From: Phoronis australis
Taxonomy: Eukaryota; Animalia; Phoronida
NCBI GenBank assembly: GCA_002633005.1
Contig: NMRA01000386.1
Span: 324,032-388,031, forward strand
Direction of reading: 5' to 3'
DNA length: 64,000 nucleotides
Of the stretch, positions 46,001 through 58,380 are shown one piece after another. The position numbers were made by a program, and so were the translations under genes. Within the stretch, counting starts at the first letter, position 1. Every line of letters starts with the position of its first letter. The notes beneath the pieces were generated by a model that was given only the letters and a program-made list of their open reading frames with translations, made no database searches and was not told the origin of the DNA.

Positions 46001-47710
46001 GGAGGGTGCAGGGTGAGTTGTGTGGTGCACAATAGGTGGCGTTAGCAGCTGATTTGAAGATGGGGAGAAACCAATTTATGGGCACTACTGGCCCTGTCTT
46101 GCAAAAATCTGTTGGCTGCTTCTGCTTGCACATGGAATGAAGAAAATCTGCCCATACGGGGTTTATTTCTGAGGCTTTTCTTGCAGTGAGACACTCTGTG
46201 TACAGATAGAGTGATAATCCTAATTATTATTACTTGAACGTGCTGTTGGGTTTAAATGAGGAAAAATGAAATGAGGGCAGACTTGTGGACAGCATTTTGT
46301 CACAATGTCGCTGTCCTGATACATTGTTTAACAGCAGCATGTGAAACTTAAGAATTTAATTTTGTTCCAATAATAAAAATAGAAGATGAAATCAAAAATC
46401 GGCACTGTTTGTTTTGGTCAGTTGATGTAGTGATGCGTCATTTCTTAAACTGTCCATATTTTGTAAAAGAAAAAGTCACCTGGTGCTTAGTGAAATGAAT
46501 TGGTAGCCTTTCTTTTTTCACCCCATTAATGCCTGCTGAAATGGCAGCGCTACCTAGTGTGTGCTTCAGGTTTCAAAATCCATCAGACACAGACCATAAG
46601 GGTTTATGTCTTTTTGGCATCACCGATTTTCATAATATATGTCTGTTAGCTCCATGGAGCTGAGCACAGCGATTGGACAAATTCCAGTGGCATACAGCAG
46701 CGCCACCTAGTGTAGTCTAGTTCAAATCGTTTGTGGGTCACAAAGTAACATCTCTTCTCTTGATGTTTTGACATTCATGCAAAATTTTTATTAGTCTTTG
46801 AAATTTCAAATGATGTATCGGTTTCGAAAAAAACATGGCCTTAGCTTGATTTACACGGTGCTTTGTTGAGTTTGTATGTCTAGTTACTATACCTTGCATG
46901 TCTAGTTACTACATCTTAGGAATTGTAGGTGTCATGAGAACTATCTATATGAACAAAGTGATTAAATTAACAAAACGTTTAGTTGGTTCTGGTGAGTAAC
47001 TTGCTTACACCAGTTTCAGCTCTGAGTAGAACAAATGCAGGCCACAGTGACCTGCCAAGTATTGCATAAGTATGACAACTCGTCCCACTGTCTTGCATGC
47101 ACAAGTATCTCCAGCCCCCCCCCCCCCNCGAACACAGCAGAGAATCAGGACATTTTGTCTGAATACTCTTAGCCTGTACTGTACCTCATCATCACATCAG
47201 TGATCGAAAATACCGCCGACCACAACCAATCATACTATTTCGTCTCTACATGTATTCATTAAACTGAAATATTCCACTTCTTGATATGCAGCACCTTTGT
47301 CAGTGATATTTTCCACCGTTAATCTTTTGATAAATCAAGTCACTCTGTGTATTTTGTGTCCAAGTTTTTTTGTCTGTATTTTCAGTATGGCTGGCGGAAT
47401 GTCACCTTCTCAACGAGGTCGATTCTCGCGTGGGGGTAACTTCCGAGGAGGATTCAGGGGTGGTTATGGTGGCGGCGGCGGACAAGGTGGATTTGGCAAC
47501 CGCAGTGGATACGGTTACGGTAACCGTGGGGGTTTTGACAACCGCGGCGGATTTGGAGGAAGAGGGGGTCACAGAGGTGGTGGATTTAGAGGCGGTCGTG
47601 GCGGATTCGATGGAGGTGGTCGAGGATTCGGCCGAGGCAGCTATGGGAGAGGTGGAGGACCGAGTTTTGGCGGTTCCCGTGGGGGCAGGGGAAGATTCCA
47701 GCCTTACTGA
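22064..47710 (+). CDS. DHX9: ATP-dependent RNA helicase A (DExH-box helicase 9): two dsRBDs, DEIH helicase core, HA2/OB fold, C-terminal RGG tail
   Basis: Coding exons: 22064-22174, 22642-22785, 23238-23331, 23909-24048, 24350-24489 (these last three duplicated at 25029-25122, 25745-25884, 26186-26325), 30005-30051, 30796-30932, 31678-31767, 32268-32429, 33194-33391, 35385-35598, 36198-36280, 36635-36791, 37200-37303, 37669-37767, 38281-38395, 38983-39151, 39919-40056, 40639-40814, 41605-41716, 42588-42755, 43368-43452, 43702-43800, 44247-44414, 45117-45232, 45797-46012, 47386-47710. Motifs: [99 protein letters not shown]-rich last exon ending TGA. Confidence 0.97.
22952..26566. repeat. Tandem duplication 22952-24746 / 24748-26566 joined by a single N (probable haplotype assembly artefact)
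   Basis: Both copies contain DHX9 coding exons 3-5 and differ by scattered SNPs and small indels; N at 24747. Confidence 0.9.
26897..27026 (+). other. Candidate DHX9 poison (PTC-containing) cassette exon
   Basis: Strong acceptor (CTAAC branch point, long pyrimidine tract, TAG at 26896), alternative acceptor at 26994, donors GAG|GTTAG (27005) and TTG|GTACG (27026). An in-frame stop occurs with either acceptor. Confidence 0.45.
27794..28558 (+). ncRNA. Large multibranch intronic RNA structure (cis-element) in DHX9 pre-mRNA
   Basis: Nested complementary segments 27794-27801/28551-28558, 27849-27864/28493-28508, 27880-27894/28256-28270 and 28271-28292/28460-28481, plus internal hairpins; many non-Watson-Crick positions are G-U on the sense strand. 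Confidence 0.6.
30947..31161. repeat. 36-bp minisatellite, about 6 copies
   Basis: Unit TGATTAGACGGTGTAGCTCCACCCTCTGCCCATTTA, directly after a DHX9 donor site. Confidence 0.93.
34060..34896. mobile_element. PIF/Harbinger-type MITE in a DHX9 intron
   Basis: TIR GGGCTGTTCCAG(C/T)AAAAT.. / ..ATTTTACTGGAACAGCCC with TTA target-site duplication at 34057-34059 and 34897-34899. Confidence 0.8.
35141..35233. repeat. Short inverted repeat (foldback remnant)
   Basis: TTCCGTTGCAGGAACACAACTGTCCCCTTAA vs TTAAGGGAGCAGTTGTGTTCTCTGCACTGGAA. Confidence 0.5.
37307..37457. repeat. Degenerate 13-bp tandem repeat
   Basis: TGTTTGAATGACA repeated. Confidence 0.7.
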
Positions 47711-48566
47711 GTCGATCTCAAAGGACGGAGAATGTAAAGACTGAAGTTTAGTCTTGAAGGTGAACTGTATAATGCATGGATTGTCGTGCATATAGCAGAG
47801 GGTGAATGGAAGAGCTAGGTGTTTGCTTGAGATCAAATTGTCCACAATGTATAAATGCATGGTCCTGTCTTGGCTAGTTGGGGCAGAGAAAATGTTCCAG
47901 TCGTTGTAAAGTTTCCTTTTTATCCATTTTATTTTTGAGAGAACATTAAGTGGATGTAACAATTTTAGAATTTAATTTTTTGCTTCTTTTCCACGGTTTT
48001 GAAACTTTAGTGTTAGCAAGATGTTGGAGACTAGCAGACGTTCTTAGCGAGGAAGTGATTTTGTCAGGGGAAGTAATTTTACTGTATTACGACAGGAGAT
48101 AAGAACAGCTTTGAGTGAAGGCATCCCAAAATAGGGTTCAGTAATCTGAATGTGAACTGCGTTGTCCAATATGATGTAATAGGGGGGTGGGCTTTAAATC
48201 ATTAAATACCAGTGAAATTATGAGTGATGCTCAAGTGCTTCAAAATACTGGAGTTACAGCAAATTGTTTTTATTGAGCATGATTTGGCGTCATCATTAAC
48301 TCAAGTGTGTTTGTTGTGTCAATGTCTAAACAACTGAAATGCCGTATGGGAAGGATATATGGTTCTATACATTTTTCAGGTCCTTATTTTTAGTTGAATT
48401 TGGATTGCTTTTTAGAGCCCCAGAGGATATGAACCCTGTCTCTTGAAGTGTCCTTCATTTTGTTGTAATGATATGAAAAATGTCGTGCGTTTAATCTTTT
48501 CTGTTGTTACAGTGAGATTTTTGACAAAGTTCCTGTTCTCATAGGTTTTGTTGTTACTGAGAATGT

Positions 48567-48572
48567 AATAAA
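48567..48572 (+). terminator. Candidate DHX9 polyadenylation signal
   Basis: AATAAA about 860 nt after the stop codon, followed by T/GT-rich sequence. Confidence 0.4.
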
Positions 48573-50701
48573 GAATTTTGTTTACTATTGATCTACGTCT
48601 GTGTCGGTACATACGTCATGTATGGCTGACTTGTATGGGCAAGTAAGTGGGAATTTGTCCGAGTGAGCCCATTTTTAAAAAGTTTGATATTAAAATTGAT
48701 CAAGAGTCCAGGTATACAATACTGGATGTGGCCATAAGGCCTTGCAAATGTCCACTTATTATTGTAATCATCTGTGTGTGATGGTCATCCAGTATTGATT
48801 TATGTCTTCAGCAACCTGACAATTGATCATGATTCCGTCTTGCGCATCAATTATATGGCATGAAATTTCACAAACGGTTAAAAGTGTATTTAAGCTGAGT
48901 TATAGCTAAAATACCTTTAACGACATTTTGGACTGTTGTTTTGTACACCACTGCATTCAAGAAGTTAATTCCCTTCAAAATGTGAACAAATTCGTCCAAA
49001 CCACACCTGTAAAGTTATGTAGGACCTTATTGCAACCACAAAACTACAGATTTTAACCCAGCAAAAGTACACCAGTAGACCACTCAGAACCACACCATTC
49101 CGACATTAATTGGGTCACGTGACCATACCTTTTTAGTTCAATTTGGTAAAAAACTATGTCTATTGCAGTGCCAGCAACGACCAAATTTTGTTTAAATGTT
49201 CAAGATGAAATCTCAATAACTCTGTTACAGTTAGAATCTTTTCGATTTCATTTTGAACGACTTTTTAGTTTTTTCATAAGTCTTGTATTTTGAAAGATTG
49301 CCCTTTGAAAGTGTAAATTTCGGAAGTATTTTCCAATATTTTGGACAATGAATAAATTGTGGTGTCTGAAAGTTTCATATGAATTGGATTAGCCATTTCT
49401 GAGATATGATGCTTGAAAATTTGCCAAATTTGACCATTTTTTAGGAACCTACATAACATTAATAAAAGATGCAAGTGAAATCGTAATGATTGAAATTGAC
49501 ACGAGACCTAAAGCAAAGCACCCGTAACAATGGACATAAACGTAATATCTTTCATGGCCGTTTTTTAATTACTTCCATTTGTACGTTTTTGCCATGATTT
49601 TCTTACCAAGATTTTCACTCTGTTAACATAAATTATTTTGACCCAGCTTGTAAGGTAATCATTTTTTTTTATTGCAGTGACGTTAAGTTTATTTGAAATA
49701 TGACATTACATTTTTTACCTCCATTTTGAATTTGTCAGTGCTCGAGTAATTTGAACAAAAAGGTCTTGAATATTTTGCAGGCCTGTGGACGATACCTTAA
49801 GGTTACTCAGAAAACTTTTATGATTACAGTTCATCGATAATACTTGTCAAAAAGGGTTCACCTGCTTGAGAAGTGCTCGAACTGAGACCGTGTCCCTCAG
49901 GTTCGGATTTATATGGCAAACTTTGCACCACTGACTTGGATACCGTCCCTTCATAGTAAAACACAGCCAACTTGGTCATTCAGTCGAAAGATTAGAAATC
50001 GATCATATTTTCTGGATTACCTCTTGGAAACAATGCTTCATTTTTCCCAAATGAAACTCCATTGGTTTACTAACACCAAACAGCGAGTATATAAATTCAT
50101 AAACACCACAAACTCAAAGTGAACTGACAGCTCTGCATGTCTACACTTTTTGATGACTGAACCAATTTCTGTGATTGAAAAACTGCATTCTTTCACATTT
50201 CTTATACAGTGTATGATCTTTGTGGTTAAAGTGCTACTTAAGTGCATGTAAAAATATATGAATCGTGAATGCCAGCATTAATTGCGTCCAGCTTTTGAGG
50301 GCATATAACATAACTCTTAGTGGAAATGCACACCCACCAAAGCAAAACCCAGTCATTACTAACATGCGCTGTGTGTGTTATTTGTTGGATACTTCATCCT
50401 AAATGTATGCAGAGTGCAACTGGTTAGCCAATGTTGGAAATTCACCACAAGTCCTTTATTTCGTAAATTTAGTCACAATTCTTCCAAATTTAAAATGACG
50501 TGAGAAATTTGCTCATCAATTAAGAAGATGGTACAAAAAAGTGTGACGTTTTATTCAATTTTTCCATTCTCACAAACATGTAAAATTTCAAGCATCAAGT
50601 GCGGCTTTGCATATTAAAAGCCACAGAAATGTGTATCACAGAAATTCTAAATCTGCCAGAGAGAAGATGATCACTGACGAATTTCAGTTACAGAATCCGT
50701 C

Positions 50702-53700
50702 TTATTCTGTTTCCATAACATCGAGCGAGCTTGATACCTTACAATCATCATATTGTGACGATTCATTTTGCCGGTCACAATCACTTTCACCGGGAATTTC
50801 ATCAGACTGCCTGGTGGTCACATGTTCATTCATACCGACATTTGGACTAGAGGTGACGGACAGTCCCTTGTGTGAGGTGTGATAGTGTCTCTTCATGGCC
50901 TTCACAGACTTGAAAGTACTATCGCAGACGGGACAAGGAATTTCTTGGTTAAAGTGTGACTGCCGGTGTTCGGCTAGGCATGCTTTCCTGGCGAACCACC
51001 GATTGCAGATATCACATTGGTGTTGCTCCCCTGTGTGTTCACCGTGTTTGTTGGCCCGATGTACTAAGTAGTTTTCGCGTTGCATAAACATGGTGCCACA
51101 GACTTCGCACACTGCTGGATTCTTTAACTTGCTGCTAGAAGTCATGTGACTTTGTTCCACATGATCAGACAGCTGATTGATGAGGTCGAAATGGACTGAA
51201 CAGATTTTACATTTGTACGTCTTCAGGGACTGAGACGACATGGCTGAGGTGCATCTTAACTCAGGTACACATACTTTGCAAGAGTGAGGCTCCTCGCCAG
51301 GCGTGGCGTGTGACGTATTAAGGTGTTTACACCTATCGAGAGCGCATTTGAATCTTTCACCACACTTCATACACTTGTATACGAACGTGCGAGTCTTCAC
51401 ATGCTCCAATCGCTTGACATTAGTTCCACAAACGTGCTCGGCTCGCTCTTTGTCTGTCGCGCAAAGCACTTTACATTTCGTGCACTTGGTTTTTTGATTC
51501 AGCATCAGGGAGTCCTTCTGTGTACAACTAGATTCGTGACTGCGGCAGCTCACTTGGTCTACAAAGCGACAGCCGCATACACTGCAAGGGTACGGCTTCT
51601 CACTTGCACTGCAACTAGCCTGGTGGCTTATACATTTTGCCCTTTTGACAAAACTGACACCACACACTCCGCATTTGTAAGAGTTGCGCAGTCCACATTT
51701 CGCCTGGTGTATAGTACGGCTATCGTTCTTCACAAAGCCACGGCCGCATTTGATACACTTGTACCGTCGCTCAGTCTCCGGCACGTGATAGCGCTTGTGA
51801 GCTTTCAGCGCAGATGCGCTGACATATCTTTGACCACACGTGTCGCACACAAATGGCCGGTAGCCCGTGTGCTGGCGGTAGTGCATCTGGAAATGCTGGT
51901 ATCGTCGGAACTGTCGGCCACATTGGTCGCAGCAGAAACTCTTCGTTCCCGTGTGTGTGCTCTCGTGCTCCTCCAGGATCATCTGGGTTCGGCACGGCAG
52001 TCCACACTCGCGGCACTTGTACTTTTTCAGGGAACGGTGTTTCTTAGATGTATGCTGGTAGAGCTGTTTGAAGGTGCTAAATGTTTCCCCACACACGACG
52101 CATGTGGTTGTGTCCTGGTGGTAGACCATGTGCGCCATCTTGTGNACACTTGTACCGTCGCTCAGTCTCCGGCACGTGATAGCGCTTGTGAGCTTTCAGC
52201 GCCGATGCGCTGACATATCTCTGACCACACGTGTCGCACACAAATGGCCGGTAGCCCGTGTGCTGGCGGTAGTGCATCTGGAAATGCTGGTATCGTCGGA
52301 ACTGTCGGCCACATTGGTCGCAGCAGAAACTCTTCGTTCCCGTGTGTGTGCTCTCGTGCTCCTCCAGGATCATCTGGGTTCGGCACGGCAGTCCACACTC
52401 GCGGCACTTGTACTTTTTCAGGGAACGGTGTTTCTTAGATGTATGCTGGTAGAGCTGTTTGAAGGTGCTAAATGTTTCCCCACACACGACGCATGTGGTT
52501 GTGTCCTGGTGGTAGACCATGTGCGCCATCTTGTGGCACTCGTAGAAGAAAGTCTGGGGACACATTTCACATGAGATTTTCTTGCCATGCACGATGCGCT
52601 TATGTGCTTTTAGACTGACCGAGCTGCGGAAACCTCGGTCACACTCGTCACATTTAAATGGCATTTCCTCTTTCTTAACTTCCAAACGGTTCAAGAACAG
52701 GCCCGGTTTTGGCATGATTTTAACTGGAGTGCGCCCCACTGCGGGTGATCCATTCTTGACACTCCTGGATGCCCGAGCAGGTGTAAACACCATCGGAGTG
52801 CGAGGTGTACTGACACCAGCCACCGATGGTTGCGCAGATGTCAAGATAATCTGACCCGGGTTGACAGTCATATTTGGTAATACCGTTCCAGGTGGCAGCA
52901 AGATGAACCGTGATGTACTTGCTGACCCCTGTGATGTACTTGCTGACCCCTGTGATGTACTTGCTGACCTCTGTGATGCACTCGAAGACCCTCGTTGATC
53001 AACCATAAAGTTTTGCTTACGTTTTGCCTTATTTAGCCTTGTCACTTTTATTTTGGCCGCCCGACCACCTGCGTTACGCTTAGCATAGTCATGCTCAATA
53101 AAGTCCTCAGGTGCAGCAAAATTAACTGGCTTCCTGTCGTGATGAAAAACACTCCACATTTTACCTTCCCCGTATGGCTGTTTACTTTGCACACACGTTC
53201 TTAAATTAACACCATCCACAGCCTGGCCTCTAACCAGATCTATCATTTTGTGTTTCTCCTCCACAACTGAGACTGGTGTCTCCAACGTGTTCAATGTGTT
53301 CACCTCCTTATCCCTAACTCGTAGGTGACCCTCATGTTGAGTCATGCCATGTTCCCCTTCGTTCATCTGGAGCAGGTCGTTGGCAGCAGCAGCTGACTTC
53401 ACAGGTGTTGGGGAATATTTGTCCGACACCTGCTGACGTTCACTATTGTGAAATCGAATCACATTCATAACCAGGTCACCAGGTGGCTCTGTGCTCAGCG
53501 AGGAGTTGCGAACATCGCGAGGGCAAGCGGGAGCTTCTAACTGGCCGACCATTGATCTGTTTATATCAACATTAGTCTGTTTTGGCCCAGAGTGGTTGGC
53601 CTCGTCATCCTGAAAGAAGATTAGTTAAAAAACTGTCATTCCCTCATTAACTTTCTTACCAGCAGAGGTTCCATTAGGATTAACGGCAAGTCTTATGAAC

Positions 53701-56700
53701 TCAGTTCTTTTCTCATGAACCTCATATATACAGACAACATGGCTGCATTTCTTTTCTCATGAACCTCAGCTACAACAGTCATCAACATGGCTGCAGTTCT
53801 TTTCTCATGAACCTCAGCTCCAACAGTCACATATACAGTCAAGATGGCTGCTTTAACACAAAAATAAAATTAAGTCCTACTTCCACAGACCCTCCATATC
53901 CGTGCAAATAATGGCACAGATCAATTTACAAAACATATTTGCTCATTACATCTAAAATTTTACTGTTTGACATGGAATTCTTAAAACACTAATGGCTACA
54001 CTGGTTAAAGTGGCCTGTAACAGTGAACTAAGCCAATCTGGAGTCATATCATAATAGTAATTGTTCAAGTGAAAACAGCATCGTTTGTAAGGAATGAAGT
54101 ACAGTACATGAGAAAAGAACTGAATTCATAACGAACCATGGAACGCTGTCATTCACAATGTTCAGTTAATTCCCAAAGAAGTGAGTACTGTGTTTGGCGT
54201 CCTTGGTTATATTCTTTCTGAATAATTCCATCATACTTAGGTCACAGTTTCTATAAGAATGGTAGCATTTATTCTGCAACGAGCATCAGACTGAAAAATG
54301 AAGTAGTGGCGACTTAACACTTTACAGGTTGCAAACACTTTTTAAAGTACAATCGCTAGAGACAATTAATTAAAAATTGACCATAGGGGCTCAAACTTTA
54401 GCATAGTGGTCAAATTTCAGTGTGGAGGCTCCAAATTTGAGTGTGTCCAAAAAGCCTATTAAGAGTTGTGACAGAGTGTGTGAGCAAAGAAATTGAAGAC
54501 TGTACTTGTAAACCTGTTGACTGGTCTTTGCAACCACTAGGTGGCGCAGGCAACAAGCTGCCATCTGACCTTTCATATACAGCAATTTCTCCATTCTCGT
54601 CAAAGTTTTCATCTTCTTCAGACTGAAACATCAATAGCAAAAGATGGAAACACTAAATTATAATAATGCGATTACCATTATTTGAAATGGGCTTTATTAG
54701 TATGACATCATTTTGAACAAAGTCAAATAAAATTTAAGAGTCTAAATAAAAGAGTAATAATAATTTATATTAGATTTTACACAGCACTTCAAACCACTAA
54801 GCACTTTGAAAATTACTTCTGGGCTATGGACCTGGCACAACTTTACCCTCCTCAACTCCACGGGAGCATGAATGAAACCCGATAATCCAACACAATGCTG
54901 TAAAAGTTTCAAAAACTAAAATCCCCCGTGGCTACCTAAATGGGAAATTTTCCAACACCGATGAAATTTTATACAAAATGATGTGACTGTGCAGTTAAAG
55001 TCTTATTTGTGGATCCAAATCACACCATTATAGTGCTAGCACATTAATGAAATACAACTTGTTGCTGATATGGTGATGCTGTAGTTCATTCTATGCTTTT
55101 GTATGGAGGTAAGCATTACCAAGATTTCTATGAATTATAAAAAATAACTCTTCCACCCGCATAGAAATGTGTACATTAACAGTTCTAAGTTTGGTTAGAA
55201 TACCACCTGTGACTACATCACGTGACATACAAGTCTGAAAAGACTTCTGCTCCAACCAAGACTCGAGCCTGGGACCTTCAGCTAACCGTGCAGATGCTCT
55301 AGTCAGAAATAGTCTTGGTGGCTCAGTTTTGGTGGTGTGGTGTCTATGAATTGTTTATAACCATCATTTCTCATGTTGTTCAGTGGGATTATCATATGAT
55401 TCAGGAGAAAATGTCCAATCTCTCAAAATGTCCATTAAGGAAGGGAATTGCATGGTGTACCTCCCAACTTGGCCCATTTTGCATACACAGTGCCCTCATT
55501 AACATCGCCAATTGCCTAAAGTAGCTAACGCATGTCTTAACACTAGTTACAAAGAATTATCCTTATGCACTGCATACAGTACTAGACTACTGGACATACT
55601 TTGTGCTTTTTCTTAGCCCAAATTCCAACAGTGTCTTGTGGTGAACCACAGAATCCCATGAATCCCATTCTTTGCTAAATACTGTGTGATCATCCTTGCA
55701 TTTGCCACAAGCTAATCCAAGTCCTATCCTACACAAAGCTTGACCGTGAAGTGCGGACTTTTCACTAAATAAAACATTCTGATGCTGACAATCTACATCA
55801 TCTTAAAGTGGTTCTAACCTCAAGGGGAACGTTTTATTGTTTGAGGTAAATTCTTTAGCTTGAATTTTTAAATGGCGGAATGGAAGGAATACAATATTGG
55901 GATGAAGAATTGAAGAATTGAGAGCCCTGATACCAGTATTACAATATAAAATTGAATTACGCGAAAACTGCATGTCAAATATCCCGTATTAGCCACACAC
56001 TTTGACCACATTGCCAGCATAATTCAGTAATAAAGGATTTCACTGTTCAAAAAGGTCACAAGTCTGTAGCCTAGAAAACTGATTTTTATCTCAGCTCGTT
56101 AGTATGATGACAAAATGTTCAAAAATCTATCAATAGTGTTAGAAAAACAGAGATGAAAAAGTGTTGAAAAACCGCTATAAAGTTTCAGTATAATCAAAAA
56201 CGTTTTTCAGATAGCCACACTCAGTCAAAACCCTCACAGTTGCAGGCGGTATGATATAAACAGAAGAAAAAATGTCACAAAGACTTCTTTAAATATACTC
56301 ACCGCTCTTTCTAATTTAACAGATAGTAGTTCCATTTGCTCTGGTACTACACCTGGCTCTAGGACTCCACAGTTTGCTGACTTCTGGCCTGAAGACAAGG
56401 CCAAGGGGGCAGGAACAGATTTGTAATTTCTTGACACTTTCATTTTCAGATCTGTTATAAGTCCATGTATAGATGACAAAATTCTGTCGCACTGGTGACA
56501 TATGGCACCACTGGTGATATGCACCTGGAAAACATCGGATGTAAACTTACAGCACAAAATACAAATTTCATACCATTCTCGTTTTGGATTAATAGCAACC
56601 CGGGGTCTCTTCCATTCCCCTCAAATGAGCGACAGTTAGTATGCAAGTATGGTAACACATGGTCAGAGTTTAATCGAACTGCAAGAGTTTTAACACACCA

Positions 56701-58380
56701 GTTTTACCACATGAATTTTGTGACAACCAATAGAAAAACATGAAAAACCCATATATGAAATTAATTCCTACTTACATAAAATTTTCAAGAACTTTTCAAG
56801 GCTTTGTGTAAAAATGCAAGACAAATGTTAAAATTCAAGGACTTGAAGAGACCTCTGTTGATCTCAATCAAAACTTTTAAAGTTTAGTGGGAACCATGTT
56901 AAACTTCAATTATGTTTTATGTTTATCATGGTACAGTTACTCTAGTAGTTTCTAGACTATTCAGAAGACCTACTTGTCAACCATGGTTTCATTTGTGATT
57001 GCTTCATAACCAAAAAAGTCATATGTAATTCTACTTCAGCACCATATCCATCCAAATCAATTCAAACAACATTACTAGCTTCAAATATATGCCTTCTTGA
57101 CCCGTGTTGCTAAAGTAACAGGAGGATGAGAAAGTACGCAACATGTCGAAACAAAATTCTAGTCGTTTACAAAGCCAACCTAATAGCTTTGACGTAGCTG
57201 TGAAACTTCGATACTGAATCACAAGCTTAATTTAAATTAATTGGTATCTCTTACTCCATAACATGAACTAAGACTTTTTAAGACATAGTCAATTCTTTTT
57301 AACTAAAAAATCCAAGTGGACGCAGGGATATTCCTGACTTAGTTTGAACCTGTGCCCTTTGGGCACACCTGAACTGTGCCTTTTTTTCAAAAAGTTGTGC
57401 CCAACATCCTATTTATTACCCGACTGGTTGTAAGTTGACCTGAATCTCGCATTTTTGGAACTGTGTTGCATTTTAAAAGATGCGACTTTTTATTTTTTGT
57501 GAGCTAATGGAGCAAAGGTGAGCTTTAGAAATATCTGTGCCAGGACGACTGATTGCTGGCTGTACACAGTGGGAGGGGACTTCAAAAATCCCCGTTAAAA
57601 GGTTGACATCATTCCCCCTGGCGCGAGCAGTGTAAAAACAGCCAGTAGCAAATTTTGCAAGGGAATGAAAGACTGTTCCAAAAAAGTTTGATTGCCATTA
57701 TGTTATTTGTTGGAGCTGGAAAGAGTTAAAGACATTATTGCCCCTCCTAAGTGTCCCTCTATGCACAAAAGGTAAAAGAACACAACTTTGACGGCTTAAT
57801 CGGCGCTAAGCATAATTCGGCGAAAAGCTTCCGGCATGTGAAAGTCCAGTTATGCGAGCATCACTGACTCTACTGCTAATTAAGAGACGGTGGCACGGTC
57901 TGTCTAGGGGAGACAGACTTAACATTAACAACCATCTCAACTGGCCCCAGTAGAGATGGTGGCCATCCCACATAGGCCCTCCGGCAACCATATCTCGGCA
58001 ATTGGACAATTTAATATTGCTCCCGTAAGTGTATATAACATCATACATATATATTCTGTATTAGAGGTGTGCTCTAAAAGGATGAAATAAAGCTTAGAAG
58101 CTCTCCTGTGTCTCAAACTTTTCTCAAAAGTTCGCCATTATCGACCGTGGCGTAGTCTTCGCCTTCATAATTCAGCTTCAATGGTGCAGTGCCTCTGCAC
58201 AAACAATGTGAAGATGAAACATCATATTACCGAGCAGTACTGTAGAATCATATCCACAACAAACTGCCCTACAGCAGAATTCAAAAGAAAGTGAGTTCCA
58301 TTCTTGCCGTCAATATTCACTCCGCAAACAGCACAATCGAACTTCGCCAGACACAATTTGTCACAACAGGAGTCGTCCAT
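50702..58380 (-). CDS. Zinc-finger protein with N-terminal ZAD/zf-AD-like domain and about 15 C2H2/C2HC fingers (about 1000 aa after removing the artefactual duplication)
   Basis: Exons 58231-58380 (MDDSCC..CAVCG..), 56303-56524 (..AICHQCDRIL..), 54506-54622 and 50702-53609, all joined by phase-0 GT-AG introns (the 54506 donor was chosen for phase). The last exon has tandem CxxC..H..H fingers with HTGYRPF/HTGTKSF linkers. The apparent frameshift at 52145 disappears when the N plus one 390-bp copy is removed. Confidence 0.85.
51755..52535. repeat. 390-bp tandem duplication joined by a single N (probable assembly artefact)
   Basis: 51755-52144 vs 52146-52535, about 2 synonymous differences; N at 52145. 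Confidence 0.92.
53695..53850. repeat. Degenerate 45-50 bp tandem repeat, 3 copies
   Basis: TTCTTTTCTCATGAACCTCA...CAACATGGCTGCA recurring. Confidence 0.7.
55245..55306 (-). mobile_element. tRNA-derived SINE head fragment
   Basis: Minus strand TAGAGCATCTGCACGGTTAGCTGAAGGTCCCAGGCTCGAGTCTTGG: tRNA-like anticodon arm and degenerate B box. Confidence 0.45.
57700..57840 (+). mobile_element. Diverged relative of the TIR of the 17893-18822 element
   Basis: Shares TATTTGTTGGAG.TGGAA, CCTCCTAAG.G..CCTCTATGC.CAAAAGGTA and GCATAATTCG.CGAAAAGCTTCCGGC with 18620-18755. Confidence 0.65.

Noticed and set aside
47402-47962. Ser/Thr-rich 186-aa minus-strand ORF
   Set aside because: Antisense of the DHX9 RGG exon.
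51323-52574. Long plus-strand ORFs (296 aa and 148 aa)
   Set aside because: Antisense shadows of the zinc-finger exon.
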